From Octopus bimaculoides (Eukaryota): a stretch of 64,000 bases of DNA. A program made the translations under genes and the position numbers. Shown piece after piece: positions 62,991 to 64,000 of the stretch. Location: contig NC_069002.1 in NCBI RefSeq assembly GCF_001194135.2, forward strand, positions 4,751,378 to 4,815,377. The letters run 5' to 3'. How positions within the stretch are numbered: position 1 is the first letter of the stretch; each line of letters opens with the position of its first letter. Under the pieces are notes generated by a model that saw nothing but the letters and a program-made list of their open reading frames with translations, was not told the origin of the DNA and made no database searches.

Positions 62991-63320
62991 CTTTTTAAAA
63001 GAAAGACGAGTTACTATTTAATTGATTCGTGAAACTATTCTTCTTCTACGTCACACAAGCCTTCTTTCGGTGATTTCCGTAACTTCCCGTCTCACTGTAA
63101 TCACTTACCCATCGCCTGTCATTCGACGTCTCCAATAACAACGCATTCTAACCTTCGGTGTTCTTCGTAACCCTTCGTAACCTCCGTAATTAATTTCTCT
63201 TCATTCATACATTATCCTCTCTAATCATTTTCTCCCTTTTCCTTTCTCCGCAAATACCTGCCTAAACGCCTTCAATATCCTCCGTAAATTACCTCATCTT
63301 CCCCTCACTCGTCTTCCTCT
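62940..63320 (+). promoter_or_regulatory. CpG-retaining, non-repetitive region; candidate promoter of the downstream gene
   Basis: Roughly 20 CpG in about 380 bp in an otherwise CpG-poor window; 350-700 bp upstream of the ATG at 63674. Confidence 0.35.
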
Positions 63321-63673
63321 TACATGTATGTAATTAATCTTACCATTAATTATTAATCCCCAAAACCCAGTCTCCGATATAGAAAAGCTTCCTCAGTCTT
63401 GTCACTAGAGCTTGATAGCCATTAACACCACTGAGAATCGCTTGAACCCAACATTCATTTGTTGCCCTCATCTATAACCCTCTACCTATCAATCTATATA
63501 TATATATATATAGAGAGAGAGAGATCTTAGATCGATTATGATGCAAAACTTATAAACTCTATCATTGGGAACAAGACCAACACCTCGGCATCTTTTACTC
63601 CCTTCCATCCACTGAGTAATCTTCTGTGTCAATTTCATTCATCCTTGTCTTCCCATTCTAACACATATCTACC

Positions 63674-63758
63674 ATGGAACCATCATTTGACAAACTTTTC
63701 AACCAAATTCTCGAAGCTGAACAAATTGCAGAGAAAATAAGGAACGATTCTCTAAAAG
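63674..63758 (+). CDS. Probable first coding exon of a downstream coiled-coil gene, possibly CCDC172-like: MEPSFDKLFNQILEAEQIAEKIRNDSLK(G)
   Basis: ACCATGG Kozak context, in-frame upstream TAA at 63659, helical heptad-like peptide, AAG|GTAAAA donor; resembles the CCDC172 N-terminus as I recall it. Confidence 0.5.
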
Positions 63759-64000
63759 GTAAAAGATGGATTTTTTTTTTTTTTTTTGTGAGGAGAGGTG
63801 GTTTGTTTTGGTTCGAATTTTAAAGAATTTTATTAACAGAGGAGACTTTAATCATCGCTTTCTCTTAATAAAAGTTACTCCAAGCTAATTACTAAACGAC
63901 TTTCTTCAGGCGTGACTCTGTGGCAAGACGTTTGTTCCCAGTTACATGGTTCCGAGTTCAGTCCCTCTGTTTGGAACCCTGGGCAATTGTTTTCAACTGT

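Overview
AT-rich, microsatellite-dense animal DNA with about a dozen N-gaps. The SINE/MITE repertoire and repeat density look like a coleoid cephalopod, most likely Octopus (recognised from memory, not searched). The main feature is a + strand fibroblast growth factor receptor gene (FGFR). I could place 15 coding exons between 1892 and 40089: Ig1 first half, linker, Ig2 (2 exons), Ig3 (2 exons), TM, juxtamembrane, six further kinase exons after the P-loop exon, and the C-tail with the YLEI PLC-gamma-type site. The signal-peptide exon(s) lie upstream of the window. The Ig1 second-half exon and the TM-exon donor are probably in gaps. The rest is intron or intergenic DNA with tRNA-derived SINEs, MITEs and decayed RTE, Penelope, Helitron and FLYWCH/MULE fragments. 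At the right end there is a CpG-retaining region followed by a probable first coding exon of a second gene (possibly CCDC172-like). Most interesting: (1) the kinase hinge reads VIVVYA instead of VIVEYA, removing the glutamate of the FGFR molecular brake; (2) a candidate alternative C-terminal exon lacking the PLC-gamma tyrosine; (3) a 17.6-kb intron at the vertebrate IIIb/IIIc position with only one visible exon; (4) long intronic inverted repeats and Lys codons that are candidate ADAR editing substrates. I did not find a clearly new multi-gene system. All findings are hypotheses from manual reading; repeat coordinates are approximate.
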